Of a DNA stretch of 45,996 bases, positions 1-10,624 are shown piece by piece. The notes under the pieces are model-generated. The model was not told where the DNA came from. It saw only the letters and a program-made list of their open reading frames with translations, and did no database searches. Origin of the DNA: Hausera hauseri (taxonomy: Eukaryota). The position numbers were made by a program, and so were the translations under genes. Numbering within the stretch: the stretch's first letter is position 1; every line of letters starts with the position of its first letter. The stretch lies in NCBI GenBank assembly GCA_046269625.1, contig JBJURY010000012.1, positions 62,001-107,996 on the forward strand, written 5' to 3'.

Positions 1-2125
1 AGTTTATTTTTCTAACCAAATATTTTAAAATATTATAGTAGTAATTTTTACTATTGATATTCAAAGAATGTACATCATATATCCCTATACCATATTCCAT
101 TTTTATATTTAATCCAGATAATATTTTTATTATATTTTTAATATTTTTAGAAGCTTCAATAGATATTACATCTATACCTAAATTATATATTTTTTTTATT
201 ATTGATTTATTAATTTTACTATAACATATATGAGAATGTATTTGAAAATTCTTATTAAAACCATAATGTATTAATCTAAAAGCAATCTTAGTCCATTTAA
301 AATATTTTATTTTTTTACTTAATGATTCTGGAATTCCTTCTTGATAACCAGGTTCATCAATTTGTATTATCTTTATATCATTATATATAAATTCTTTAAT
401 ATATTTTCTTAAACTAAAAGCTATCTGATAAGCTATTTTATTTATCTTTAAGTCATTTCTTAAGAAAGACCATTTTATAATAGTAATAGGTCCAGTAATA
501 ATTGCCTTTACTAAACTATTAGATTTTTTTATCGTAAAATATATTAAATTGAATATATGTTTATTTTTTATACTAATATCCCCAAATATTATTGGAGGTT
601 TAATATATCTGGTACCATAACTTTGTACCCAACCATTTCTAGTAATAAAACAACCATTCATTGATCTACAAAAATATTCTACCATATCAGTTCTTTCGTA
701 TTCACCATGTACTAATATATCTATATTATTATTTTTTTGAAATAATATAAGTTTATTTATTTTATTTAATAAAATATTTTTATAATTAGTGAAACTTAAT
801 TGATTTTTTTTAAATTTACTTCTACATATTCTTAATGCTTTTGTTTGGGGGAAAGAACCAATTGTTGTAAAAGGTAATATTGGTAATTTAAATTTATTAT
901 AATTATTATAATAATGTTTATAATTTTTAATTAATTCTATTATTTTATTATTGATTTTTCTTCTTATATCTTTATAATAAAAAGATTTATTATTAATAAT
1001 ATTATTAATTATTGTTTTATTTTTTTTATATATATTATAACATAAATTTATTCCGTATATTAATATATTTTTTATTTCATTTATTTCAATTACCTTTTCT
1101 AAAGAAAAAGTTAACCAATATTTTATCATTGATTCTTTTTCCTTATTTAAACTATAAGGAATAAACATTAAGGAATTATCAAATGAAATAAATATATTTT
1201 TTATTTTAATGGGGATTATTCTATTAATTATATCCTTATAATTACTTCTCCATATATTATTAGCTTTTATTATACCTAATGATATTCTTTTACAATTGTA
1301 TCTTTCGAATACCAGTATATCTTTTATTAAATATATATCAAAATGATAAATAAAGAAATTTAATCCTTTTAATATTCTCAAGTTATTTATATTAGCATTG
1401 GAATATAATATTAATATTGTTTTTATATTTTTAAAACTTAATAACGATTTATAGATACAATAAAATAAATTGATATCATTATATTTTTTTATATTATAAG
1501 ATTCCTCAAATTGTAACCAATTTATATATTTATATTTTTTAAAAATTTTATTTATTAATAAATAATATCTTCTAACAATTAAATTTAAAATTTTTCTATT
1601 TAAGTTAATTTTAATATTACATAATTTTAAGAAAGTATATGGTCCTATTATAGTATACTTATAGTTTTTTTTATTATTCTTATAATTTTTTAATAATTCT
1701 ATTTCATATAATAAGAAGTCCGTATTATATTTTTTATTAAATATACTATTATCTATTTCAGGAGTTAAATAATGGTAGTTAGTATTATACCATTTATACA
1801 TATTTAATGTTTTTTTATTATTATAACCTTTAGAAATCTTAAAAAAATCAATAAATGTTAAGTACCTGTTTTTTTTTAAAAACCTTTTTGGTAAGAAACC
1901 TAATAAAAACATTGTTATATAAATCCTATCATAATAGTTAAAAAACCCAATAGTAATAATATCTAATTTATTTTGTATATATATATTATACAATATTATT
2001 TTCTTTATTCTATTATAAAAAATAATATAATATTTATTACTTTTATAAAATATTCTCTCAATTATTTCTTTTAATTCTCTATTTTTTCCAATTGATGGTA
2101 ATCCAATAAGGTGAGTTTTAATCAT
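1..2125 (-). CDS. metE: cobalamin-independent methionine synthase (3' end runs off window)
   Basis: Not in ORF track. Hand translation: start MIKTHLIGLPSIGKNRELK; same-frame motifs HGEYERTDMVEYF, GWVQSYG, IQIDEP, HSHICY, GIYDVHS. Confidence 0.95.
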   Translation of the reverse strand, partial: MIKTHLIGLPSIGKNRELKEIIERIFYKSNKYYIIFYNRIKKIILYNIYIQNKLDIITIGFFNYYDRIYITMFLLGFLPKRFLKKNRYLTFIDFFKISKGYNNKKTLNMYKWYNTNYHYLTPEIDNSIFNKKYNTDFLLYEIELLKNYKNNKKNYKYTIIGPYTFLKLCNIKINLNRKILNLIVRRYYLLINKIFKKYKYINWLQFEESYNIKKYNDINLFYCIYKSLLSFKNIKTILILYSNANINNLRILKGLNFFIYHFDIYLIKDILVFERYNCKRISLGIIKANNIWRSNYKDIINRIIPIKIKNIFISFDNSLMFIPYSLNKEKESMIKYWLTFSLEKVIEINEIKNILIYGINLCYNIYKKNKTIINNIINNKSFYYKDIRRKINNKIIELIKNYKHYYNNYNKFKLPILPFTTIGSFPQTKALRICRSKFKKNQLSFTNYKNILLNKINKLILFQKNNNIDILVHGEYERTDMVEYFCRSMNGCFITRNGWVQSYGTRYIKPPIIFGDISIKNKHIFNLIYFTIKKSNSLVKAIITGPITIIKWSFLRNDLKINKIAYQIAFSLRKYIKEFIYNDIKIIQIDEPGYQEGIPESLSKKIKYFKWTKIAFRLIHYGFNKNFQIHSHICYSKINKSIIKKIYNLGIDVISIEASKNIKNIIKILSGLNIKMEYGIGIYDVHSLNINSKNYYYNILKYLVRKIN

Positions 2126-2195
2126 ACTGAAATAATTTAAATTAAAATATCATATTCGTAATATGAATTAACAAGTTGAAATCTTGTTTTCAGTT
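2126..2195 (+). tRNA. tRNA-Thr(CGT), degenerate
   Basis: Cloverleaf ACTGAAA/TTTCAGT, D ATTT/AAAT, anticodon arm TCATA-TTCGTAA-TATGA, T arm ACAAG-TTGAAAT-CTTGT; lacks D-loop GG and TTC. Confidence 0.8.
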
Positions 2196-2198
2196 AAG

Positions 2199-2342
2199 AT
2201 GAAAAAAAGAAGGTATATATTACAGTCAATAATAAATTCTGGTGAAAAATATTATATTAAAGCAAAAAAGCCATATAACAAGGAGATAAAAAAATTTGAT
2301 AAAAAGATTAGAACAAGAATCATATATAAAAGATGTTTGTAA
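2199..2342 (+). CDS. rpmG: 50S ribosomal protein L33
   Basis: 47 aa MKKRRYILQSIINSGEKYY...KKFDKKIRTRIIYK matches L33 pattern; below ORF-track cutoff. Confidence 0.85.
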   Translation: MKKRRYILQSIINSGEKYYIKAKKPYNKEIKKFDKKIRTRIIYKRCL

Positions 2343-4762
2343 ATAAAATAAATAATATATTTAATAAGTATAATTATATAAATAATGAAAAATATATATT
2401 AAAGTTTTGGATTAAGCAAAATATATATAATAAAATATTAAAAGCTAAAAAAAAATATATAACTATACATGATGGTCCACCTTATGCAAACGGTGCAATA
2501 CATATAGGACATATTGTTAATAAAGTAATTAAAGATACTATTATGAAAACTAATAGTAATATATATATTACACCTTTATATTTACCCGGATGGGATTGTT
2601 TTGGTTTATCAATTGAAAATAATATTAAGATACTAAATAAAATCAATAGAAAGGAATTAATAATATGTTGTAAAAGAATGGTTAGAAGGAATATAAAAAA
2701 TAATATATTAATATTTAAAAAAATAGGTATGTTATATGATTGGGAAAAATATTATACTACAATGGATAAAGAAGTAATAAAAAGAGAACAAGCATTTTAT
2801 AGAAAAATATTAAACAAAAAAGTAATATATAAAAAGAAAAGAAATATTTCTTGGTGTATAGGATGTAAAAGTGTATTATCGGATAATGATATTAATATAT
2901 GTGAGATAAATACTACGGTATATAGTATGGTGTTTAAATTAAGAAAAAAAATTGTATTTAAAAAAAATAAACATATTGTTAATAATAAAATATATTTAAA
3001 ATTTAAATCATTATATGATTATTTTTATAATCGATTTATGATATCTAATAAAAATATTATTATTTATATTAATTTAATTAATAATAAAATTATTATATGT
3101 AAAGATAATAATAATAATAATAATTTTTTATATATAAAAAGAATGAATATATTATTATTGAGTAATAAAAAAATAATAAATAATTATTATAATAAATTAT
3201 TATTATTAAGTAATAAAAAATATATAAAAATAAAGATTAATAAATATAAATTAATGGTTTTTAAAAATATTAATTTAATAAATAAAAAAATAATTAATAA
3301 TTTAAATAACAATCTATTTAATAAGACACTTAATAATTATACCACTAGGTTTAATAAAAAAAAATTTTATGTTTGTTCAAAACATAACAAAATAATAGTT
3401 TATAAAAAAAAAGCTCATATATTTTTAAGATTAAATAATTTATTCTTTAAAAATTCTTTATATATAATAAAAAAAATAATATTTTACCCTAAATATTTAA
3501 AGAATAAATTTATAGATATAATATTTAAAAGACCTGATTGGTTATTATCAAGAAATAAAAATTGGGGTGTAAATATTCCTGATAATAAACTTACATTTGA
3601 TATATGGTTTGATTCAGGAGTAACACATTATACAATATTAAAAAATAATTTATATAATAAATTAGTAAGATATCCAGCTGATATTTATATTGAAGGAATA
3701 GATCAATTTAGAGGATGGTTTAATTCTTCTTTTATTACAAGTGTTATTGCATATAATAGATCTCCTTTTAAAAAAATTATTTCGCATGGTTTTGTAGTAG
3801 ATGAAAATAATAATAAATTCTCCAAATCGAAAAAGAATTTTATTTCTTCAATAAAAATAATCCAACAATTTGGAATAGAAATATTACGAATATATATATT
3901 AAAAAGAAATTATTTTAAAAACATAAAGTTCTCTATTAATGATTTAAGGAATGAAAAATATATATATTTAAAGGTGAGAAATATTATAAAGTTTATTATA
4001 AATAATATAAATATAAAAACTAGACCTAATAATGTATATTTTTTATCAATTGATAAATTCTATCTAATAAAATGTGTTATACTAGAGAAAAAGCTTTTAT
4101 TTTATAATAAAAGATTTCTATTCTATAAAAGTATAAAGTTATTATTTAAATTTTTACTAAATAATCTAAATGAATATATTAATATTTCCAAAGATAGATT
4201 ATATCTGTCTTTGGAAAAATATAATAATAAGATATCTAATATATATACTTTTAAAATAATAATAAAATTTTTAACAATTATTTTTTCACCTTATTTTCCG
4301 TTTTTATCAGAAGAAATTTGGAGATATATTGGAGATAAAAAATCAGTTTATTTAACTAAATTAAATAGAATTAATATTTTTAATATAGTTAATAGAAAAA
4401 AAATAATAAAATTATTTTTAATTTGGAAGTTTATATATAATATAAAAAATATTATATTAAGTAAACTAAGATATTTTAAAAATAAATATAACTATAATAT
4501 TATTAATAATATAAATATATATCTATATTTTAGATATAGATATATAAAAATAATGTATATAATAAATAAAGAATTCTGTAATTTAATAAAATGTAATAAA
4601 ATAAAAATAAAAAAGAGTAGTAAAGATTGTATAAAAATAAAAATATCTAGAAATAAAAAATGTATAAGATGTTGGAAATATAATAATATAACTAATTATA
4701 TTTGTAAAAAATGTATTCTATTAATAAATAAAAAAAAACAAAGAAAAATGTTATTTATATAG
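2333..4762 (+). CDS. ileS: isoleucine--tRNA ligase
   Basis: HDGPPYANG, HIGH, PGWDC, DWLLSR, EGIDQFRGWF, KFSKS, C-terminal CxRCW zinc motif. Confidence 0.95.
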   Translation: MFVNKINNIFNKYNYINNEKYILKFWIKQNIYNKILKAKKKYITIHDGPPYANGAIHIGHIVNKVIKDTIMKTNSNIYITPLYLPGWDCFGLSIENNIKILNKINRKELIICCKRMVRRNIKNNILIFKKIGMLYDWEKYYTTMDKEVIKREQAFYRKILNKKVIYKKKRNISWCIGCKSVLSDNDINICEINTTVYSMVFKLRKKIVFKKNKHIVNNKIYLKFKSLYDYFYNRFMISNKNIIIYINLINNKIIICKDNNNNNNFLYIKRMNILLLSNKKIINNYYNKLLLLSNKKYIKIKINKYKLMVFKNINLINKKIINNLNNNLFNKTLNNYTTRFNKKKFYVCSKHNKIIVYKKKAHIFLRLNNLFFKNSLYIIKKIIFYPKYLKNKFIDIIFKRPDWLLSRNKNWGVNIPDNKLTFDIWFDSGVTHYTILKNNLYNKLVRYPADIYIEGIDQFRGWFNSSFITSVIAYNRSPFKKIISHGFVVDENNNKFSKSKKNFISSIKIIQQFGIEILRIYILKRNYFKNIKFSINDLRNEKYIYLKVRNIIKFIINNINIKTRPNNVYFLSIDKFYLIKCVILEKKLLFYNKRFLFYKSIKLLFKFLLNNLNEYINISKDRLYLSLEKYNNKISNIYTFKIIIKFLTIIFSPYFPFLSEEIWRYIGDKKSVYLTKLNRINIFNIVNRKKIIKLFLIWKFIYNIKNIILSKLRYFKNKYNYNIINNINIYLYFRYRYIKIMYIINKEFCNLIKCNKIKIKKSSKDCIKIKISRNKKCIRCWKYNNITNYICKKCILLINKKKQRKMLFI

Positions 4763-4843
4763 AAATAGTTGGATTTGAACCAACGACATATAATATGTTC
4801 CCCCTTAGCAGGGGGGTGCATTAAACCCCTCTGCCATATCTCT
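4760..4843 (-). tRNA. tRNA-Ser(GCT)
   Basis: CCCCC-CTGCTAA-GGGGG anticodon arm, long variable arm, GTTCAAATC T loop, AGAGATA/TATTTCT acceptor. Confidence 0.93.
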
Positions 4844-6044
4844 ATAATAGTCTTGTAAAAATATTTATGATTTTTTTATAATATTTTTCTTTTACAAATA
4901 ATAATATTTTTACTTCTGTAATATATAAATGTTCTATTGGATATTTTTTTTTAATATTTGTTATTAATCTATTAATATTATATTTGCTAATAATAAAATT
5001 TAATAATGTTATTTTTATTAATATTTTTCTATTAATATAAGAACAATATCTGCTAAAATTATTTATATAATAATTATATTTACTATTAATAGCTTTGTCA
5101 ATTAAATCATTACTATCATTTAATTTAATGGATAATAAATAAATAGTATTATTATTTATCTTAAAATATGATATGATGTCTGATATTTTATATATTTTAT
5201 ATATATTATTATTACATAACCTATATTTATTACTTAATATACATCTTATAAAATATACCTTTTGATAAGTGATATATTTGTTTTTTTTACTAAAAGTTAT
5301 ATCAGTACCTGAAGTAAAATCTTTTTTCATATTTTTATTTTTAAAGCTTGATAAAATTTTTAATTTTACTTTATATTTTATACAGTTTTTAACAGACCTA
5401 AATTGTAAAACTTTTGCTCCGTTACTTGTTAGTTCTAATATATCTATAGGTTCTATAAATTTTATTCTTTTTGCTTTCTTAAACTTATTAGGATCAAGAT
5501 TATAAACTCCATCCACATCTGTATAAATATAACAAAAATTACTATTCATTATATAGCTTAATATAATAGCAGTATAATCAGATCCTCCTCTACCTAAGGT
5601 ATGAATATTATTATTATTACTATCAATACCATAATATCCAGTTACAATAACTATATAATTTTTTTTTAAATATTTATTAATCTTAGTTTTATTTATTGAT
5701 CCTATTTTAGAATCCCCATATTTACCTTTTGTGAATATGGGGATTTGCCATGAATTCAAAGATACAGATCTAGCTCCATATTTATTTAAAAATATACTTA
5801 ATAAACTACAAGAGATCTGTTCACCAGATGAAACTAATAAATCTTTTTCTCTTTCTATTGAATTATTAATATAACCAATTTTATTATATAAACCAAGTAA
5901 ATTATTAGTCGTATTTCCCATAGCGGATACAACTATTATTAACTTAATATTATTTTTATACCAATGTATTATTTTTTTAGCTATAAATTTAATCTTTTTT
6001 AAACTAGATAATGAAGATCCACCAAATTTCAACACTATTAACAT
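4842..6044 (-). CDS. lysC: aspartate kinase
   Basis: VLKFGGSS, VVSAMG, TLGRGGSDYTA, TDVDGVY..DP. Confidence 0.95.
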   Translation of the reverse strand: MLIVLKFGGSSLSSLKKIKFIAKKIIHWYKNNIKLIIVVSAMGNTTNNLLGLYNKIGYINNSIEREKDLLVSSGEQISCSLLSIFLNKYGARSVSLNSWQIPIFTKGKYGDSKIGSINKTKINKYLKKNYIVIVTGYYGIDSNNNNIHTLGRGGSDYTAIILSYIMNSNFCYIYTDVDGVYNLDPNKFKKAKRIKFIEPIDILELTSNGAKVLQFRSVKNCIKYKVKLKILSSFKNKNMKKDFTSGTDITFSKKNKYITYQKVYFIRCILSNKYRLCNNNIYKIYKISDIISYFKINNNTIYLLSIKLNDSNDLIDKAINSKYNYYINNFSRYCSYINRKILIKITLLNFIISKYNINRLITNIKKKYPIEHLYITEVKILLFVKEKYYKKIINIFTRLL

Positions 6045-6958
6045 TTCAATAATATATAAAAAACATTTATTTTAAACAGCAAAACTTTATTTGCTAATTT
6101 AATTATATTTATTTTATTTATAAAACAATTAATATTTTTAAAGGTATTATATATAGTATTATTAATAATATTATTTTTTAAAAAAATATATCTAAAAATA
6201 TTTATTATTCTTTTATTTTTTCTTAAATTATTCATTATTATATCTTTTTTTGCAATATAATTATTTAAATTAATAAATTCATATAATCTTTTATTTAATC
6301 TATTTATATTATATATTCTATCACCAAAATATTTATATAAAATATTATTATATAAATATCTTACTATATTTCTTTTATATTGAAAATTTATATTAGAATT
6401 ATCGAAAATATAATTTTTTTGTTTATTTATTTCTAACATCCTAATCCTAGAAAGGGATAATAAAGGTCTAATTAAGGTTATATATTTTAGTTTAGTTTTA
6501 TATTTCATATTTATTAATCCTCTAATTCCTGTACCTCTTAATATTCTTAATATAAAATTTTCAATATAATCATTATAATTATGCCCTAAAAAATAATACT
6601 TTATTTTATTTTTTAAATAAATATTTAATAAACAATTGTAACGATATTTTCTAGCAGCGGATTCCAACCCATATAACTTAATATATTTATATTTTATTTT
6701 TACTCTCTTATATATAATATTCATATCTCTCTTTTTACATATTTCCTTTATATATTTTTCCCATAATTTACTTTTATTATTTAATAAATGATTAATATAT
6801 ATTATATATATATTTTTTTTAAATATATTAAAATATTTTAATATATAGTCTAGTAGGTAATTAGAATCATATCCTCCACTAAAACATATACCAATTTTAT
6901 TTTTACTAATTATATTATATATATCGTCTTTAATGTATTTATCTGTGAATAATAACAT
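6038..6958 (-). CDS. tilS: tRNA(Ile)-lysidine synthetase
   Basis: SGGYDS PP-loop, ESAARKYRY, GHNYND, RGTG, IRPLL. Confidence 0.93.
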   Translation of the reverse strand: MLLFTDKYIKDDIYNIISKNKIGICFSGGYDSNYLLDYILKYFNIFKKNIYIIYINHLLNNKSKLWEKYIKEICKKRDMNIIYKRVKIKYKYIKLYGLESAARKYRYNCLLNIYLKNKIKYYFLGHNYNDYIENFILRILRGTGIRGLINMKYKTKLKYITLIRPLLSLSRIRMLEINKQKNYIFDNSNINFQYKRNIVRYLYNNILYKYFGDRIYNINRLNKRLYEFINLNNYIAKKDIIMNNLRKNKRIINIFRYIFLKNNIINNTIYNTFKNINCFINKINIIKLANKVLLFKINVFYILLKC

Positions 6959-7820
6959 GAATAAAATAAAAGGAATAATTACTGCATTAATAACCCCATT
7001 TAAAAAAAATAAAAATATTGATTATATTTCCTTATATAATCTATTAAGATATCAAATAAATAATAATATAAAAAAGTTCGTTATATTAGGAACAACCGGA
7101 GAATCTACTAGTTTAACAATAACAGAAAAGATTAAAATGTTAAGTTTTATAAGAAAAAAATTTAAAAATATTAAAATAATATCTGGATCTTGTTATAATA
7201 GTATAAGTAATACAATATACTTGAACAATAGGATTAAAAAATATTCTAATTATATATTACAAATAGTACCTTATTATTTAAAACCTAATCAAAAAGGAAT
7301 ATATTTGTATATCAAAAAGATATGTTTGTATACTAATACACCTATTATTATTTATAATGTTGAATATAGAACAGGAATAGTTTTAAAAAGAAAAACATTA
7401 TTAAAATTATCTAAAATAAATAATATAATAGGTATAAAATATTCATGTTTAAATATAAAAAAAATAACACATATAATAGCCTTTATAAAAAAGGAAAACA
7501 GAAAGTTTTTATTCTTTTGTGGAGATGATAAATATATTATAAATATATTAAAAAAAAGTGACGGTGCAATATCAATACTTTCTAATTATAACCCAGGAAT
7601 AATAAATAAAATATATTCTTGTATTAAACAGAAAAGAAATATCAATAGTATTAAATTATTAAATAAACAAATTAAAATATTAAGCTTAGAAATTAATCCA
7701 GTTATAATCAAATACATATGTTATTTAAAAAAAATAATATCTAATTATATGGTAAGATTACCGTTGATTAGTATAAATAAAAGAAATAAAGTAATAATAA
7801 ATAATTTGAAAGGAAGATAA
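6957..7820 (+). CDS. dapA: 4-hydroxy-tetrahydrodipicolinate synthase
   Basis: ALITPF, GTTGES, PYY, YNV, IGIK; start moved to MNKIKG. Confidence 0.95.
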   Translation: MNKIKGIITALITPFKKNKNIDYISLYNLLRYQINNNIKKFVILGTTGESTSLTITEKIKMLSFIRKKFKNIKIISGSCYNSISNTIYLNNRIKKYSNYILQIVPYYLKPNQKGIYLYIKKICLYTNTPIIIYNVEYRTGIVLKRKTLLKLSKINNIIGIKYSCLNIKKITHIIAFIKKENRKFLFFCGDDKYIINILKKSDGAISILSNYNPGIINKIYSCIKQKRNINSIKLLNKQIKILSLEINPVIIKYICYLKKIISNYMVRLPLISINKRNKVIINNLKGR

Positions 7821-8338
7821 TGAAAGAAAAAAGTTATTTTATAATAGAAGCAGGGGTAGGAGGTAAAGATTCTTATGGTTGTTTACTACTATTAAAAAAA
7901 ATGTATATAAAATATTTAAATAGAAATAAAATAATATATAATATAATAATAAATACTATAAGAACATTAATTATTAATATAAAAGATATTAAATTTCTTA
8001 GATATGAGGTAGGGATTCATAGGGTGCAAAGAGTACCTAAGACGGAAAAGTTTAATAGAATCCATACATCAATAGTATCAGTCGATATAATTAATAGAAT
8101 CCCTACAAAAGATACTATTATAATTAATAAAAAAGATATTATTATAGAAACATTTAAATCCTCTGGAGCAGGAGGACAACATATTAATAAAACTAACTCA
8201 GCGGTAAGAATAAAACATTTACCTACTGGTTTAAAGGTAGAATGTCAGAAAGAAAGATCACAGTTCTTAAATAAAAAAGAAGGATTGAAAATATTGGAGA
8301 ATAAAATAATATATGAAGAACATACTAATAAAAAATAG
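7820..8338 (+). CDS. prfA: peptide chain release factor 1, truncated (172 aa)
   Basis: [10 protein letters not shown] (RF1 PxT motif), [24 protein letters not shown]. Confidence 0.88.
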   Translation: MKEKSYFIIEAGVGGKDSYGCLLLLKKMYIKYLNRNKIIYNIIINTIRTLIINIKDIKFLRYEVGIHRVQRVPKTEKFNRIHTSIVSVDIINRIPTKDTIIINKKDIIIETFKSSGAGGQHINKTNSAVRIKHLPTGLKVECQKERSQFLNKKEGLKILENKIIYEEHTNKK

Positions 8339-9359
8339 TTTTTATAAAATAAATTATTTCTTTTATCTTATTATATTTACTAAATGATATCCTAACAGAA
8401 TTATTTATATATTTTTTTTTTAATTTTATCTTCCTTAATATAAAAGATATATTATTAGAATTACAAGTAGAATTTTTCGAATATGCAGTTTTAATATTAT
8501 AAAATTTATTATTATTTTTAATATATCCAAAGTTAATTATATCAGGAATTTTATTATATATACAACCATTTATAAAATATTCACTATAACTTAATATAGT
8601 AAATAGTAATAAATTACTTAAACAAATAATTGATTTTATTTTTCTAATTATCTTAATTGTTTTAGCTAACCCTAATATTTGATAAGTAGGTAAAGTACCT
8701 GGAAACAATATATGTAGATCTTTATTATAAAATAATATTTCTTTTTGTATCCTTTTCCTAATAAATATAACACCTATACCTTTAGGACCGTATATTTTAT
8801 GCGTTGAGAATGATAGAATATCTATTCCTATTCTTTTAAGATTAATAGTAATTTTTCCTATACATTGAGTATAGTCTATAAAATATATATTTCGTTTTAT
8901 TATATTAATGCTTTGTCTCACACCAATTTCATTATTTATTATATTAATAATAGCATTACTAAGTATATTTTTATTATTATATATACCTCTCTTATTATTG
9001 TTAATATAATATATTTTATAGTGTTTTCTTCCCGTTTTATTCTTTAAACTTTTTATATATTTTAATATTGTAGGATGTTCTAAGTTTGATATAGATATAT
9101 TTTTATTTAGATTTATTAAATACTTAATAGCAATAATATTACCTTGTGTTGACCCAGATGTAAAAAATATTTCATTTGATTTACATTTTAAATAATCTGC
9201 AATTATAGTTTTTGCTTTATTAATTAATTTATTTACTTCGAAACCTAATATATGATTAGAAAAGCTATTAGCATAGTATTTAAAACTATTATTAATTATA
9301 TTTTTAACTTTAATATCAATATCAGTAGTTGAAGCATTATCAAAATAAATAATTTTCAT
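8325..9359 (-). CDS. iscS: cysteine desulfurase
   Basis: [32 protein letters not shown], catalytic-loop Cys (STC). Confidence 0.9.
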   Translation of the reverse strand: MKIIYFDNASTTDIDIKVKNIINNSFKYYANSFSNHILGFEVNKLINKAKTIIADYLKCKSNEIFFTSGSTQGNIIAIKYLINLNKNISISNLEHPTILKYIKSLKNKTGRKHYKIYYINNNKRGIYNNKNILSNAIINIINNEIGVRQSINIIKRNIYFIDYTQCIGKITINLKRIGIDILSFSTHKIYGPKGIGVIFIRKRIQKEILFYNKDLHILFPGTLPTYQILGLAKTIKIIRKIKSIICLSNLLLFTILSYSEYFINGCIYNKIPDIINFGYIKNNNKFYNIKTAYSKNSTCNSNNISFILRKIKLKKKYINNSVRISFSKYNKIKEIIYFIKTIFY

Positions 9360-9377
9360 ATTAAGAATTATCCACTT

Positions 9378-9601
9378 ACTGAAGTGATGAAATAGGTAAA
9401 CATAGTGGACTTAGTTTTTTTGAGTGCTTGTAAATAATAAGTAGAATTTTTCCCTAATCGGAAGAATTTAAATAATAAAATTATTTTTATAATTCCGAAC
9501 TAATAAAGAATGTGTAGAGACTATATAGGAAAAGTAATAAGATATAGTCCAGATAGAAAATCCACAGCGTAAGCTTGTCGGTTCAATTCCGATCTTCAGT
9601 A
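9378..9601 (+). tRNA. tRNA-Leu(TAA), intron-containing (exons 9378-9412 and 9557-9601)
   Basis: ACTGAAG/CTTCAGT acceptor; joined exons give GTGGA-CTTAAAA-TCCAC; AGC-GTAA-GCT variable arm; GTTCAATTC T loop. Confidence 0.92.
9413..9556 (+). ncRNA. group I intron (144 nt) inserted after U34 of tRNA-Leu(UAA)
   Basis: P1 with U.G at the splice site, P3, P4, R element GTAGAGACTA, S element AAGATATAGTCC, terminal G9556. Confidence 0.9.
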
Positions 9602-10185
9602 TGAAAAAAAATATACATATAACATCAGGTAGATTAATTAGTAATAAAATATTCTATAAAAAAGAAAATATAAATAGTATTAAAGCAACTATATCTGAGA
9701 TAAGAAAAACAATATATTTTATATTTAGAAATAATATAAAAAATTCAAAGGTATTGGATCTATTTTCTGGAACAGGAATATTAGGTATTGAAGCTTTATC
9801 AATTGGAGCAAGTGAAATAACATTTGTAGAAAAGAATAAAAAATATTGTAGTAATATTAATAAAAATATAAAAAATATTATTAATAAATTCTATCTTAAA
9901 AAAATAGTAAGTATAAAAATTTATTGTACAAATGTATTAAATTATTTAGTAAACAATAATAAATTATATGATATTATTTTTATGGATCCACCATATAAAT
10001 ATAATGATATTAATAAATTAATTAATATGATATTAATATATTTAAATAAAAAAGGATTTATATTTTTAAAAACAACTATAAATAATATAGGTAAAATAAA
10101 AGGTATAAAAAATATTAATATAAAAATATTTAAAAAGAAAAAAAGGATTAAATTTTATATAATAACAAAAAATATTAATTATTAA
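9601..10185 (+). CDS. rsmD: 16S rRNA m2G966 methyltransferase
   Basis: ITSG N-terminus, LDLFSGTG.LGIEALS.GA, DPPY. Confidence 0.9.
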   Translation: MKKNIHITSGRLISNKIFYKKENINSIKATISEIRKTIYFIFRNNIKNSKVLDLFSGTGILGIEALSIGASEITFVEKNKKYCSNINKNIKNIINKFYLKKIVSIKIYCTNVLNYLVNNNKLYDIIFMDPPYKYNDINKLINMILIYLNKKGFIFLKTTINNIGKIKGIKNINIKIFKKKKRIKFYIITKNINY

Positions 10186-10624
10186 ATAAAATAGTATTTA
10201 ATATCTTGTTTTTATATTCTAAATATATTAAATAAGGAAGATTAATATCTAATACTCTGGATATTTTATTTTTAATATTATATATTGTATTAAAATTAAG
10301 ATAACTTTTAATAAAAAATATTAATTTTAGTTCTATTTTATTAATTAAAAAGGTTTTATTTTTAAAAATAATTTCTTTCTTAAATGGTAAACTATATTTT
10401 ATTTCTTTGAATATTATATTAATGATATTATTATTATATTTTTCTATTTTATAAATTATTATTTTCTTTACTGTGTCTTTTATAAATATTTTAATAATTT
10501 TTTTATCTATTAGTCTGTTTATATAAATAATATTAATATATATTCTAATATTTGTTTTATATAGATTAATTATACCTGGTATCAAACTATTGATTTTTAT
10601 TTTGTTTTTTCTTAAATATATCAT
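10175..10624 (-). CDS. rplY: 50S ribosomal protein L25 (divergent)
   Basis: IPGII motif; conserved tRNA-Gln-prs-rplY order. Confidence 0.6.
   Translation of the reverse strand: MIYLRKNKIKINSLIPGIINLYKTNIRIYINIIYINRLIDKKIIKIFIKDTVKKIIIYKIEKYNNNIINIIFKEIKYSLPFKKEIIFKNKTFLINKIELKLIFFIKSYLNFNTIYNIKNKISRVLDINLPYLIYLEYKNKILNTILFNN

Noticed and set aside
2126-2194. Minus-strand tRNA-Arg(ACG) reading
   Set aside because: Arm order and spacing fit a cloverleaf only on the plus strand
9413-9556. Homing endonuclease or mobility of the intron
   Set aside because: Too short for an ORF; no mobile-element genes, IS or CRISPR arrays seen anywhere in the window
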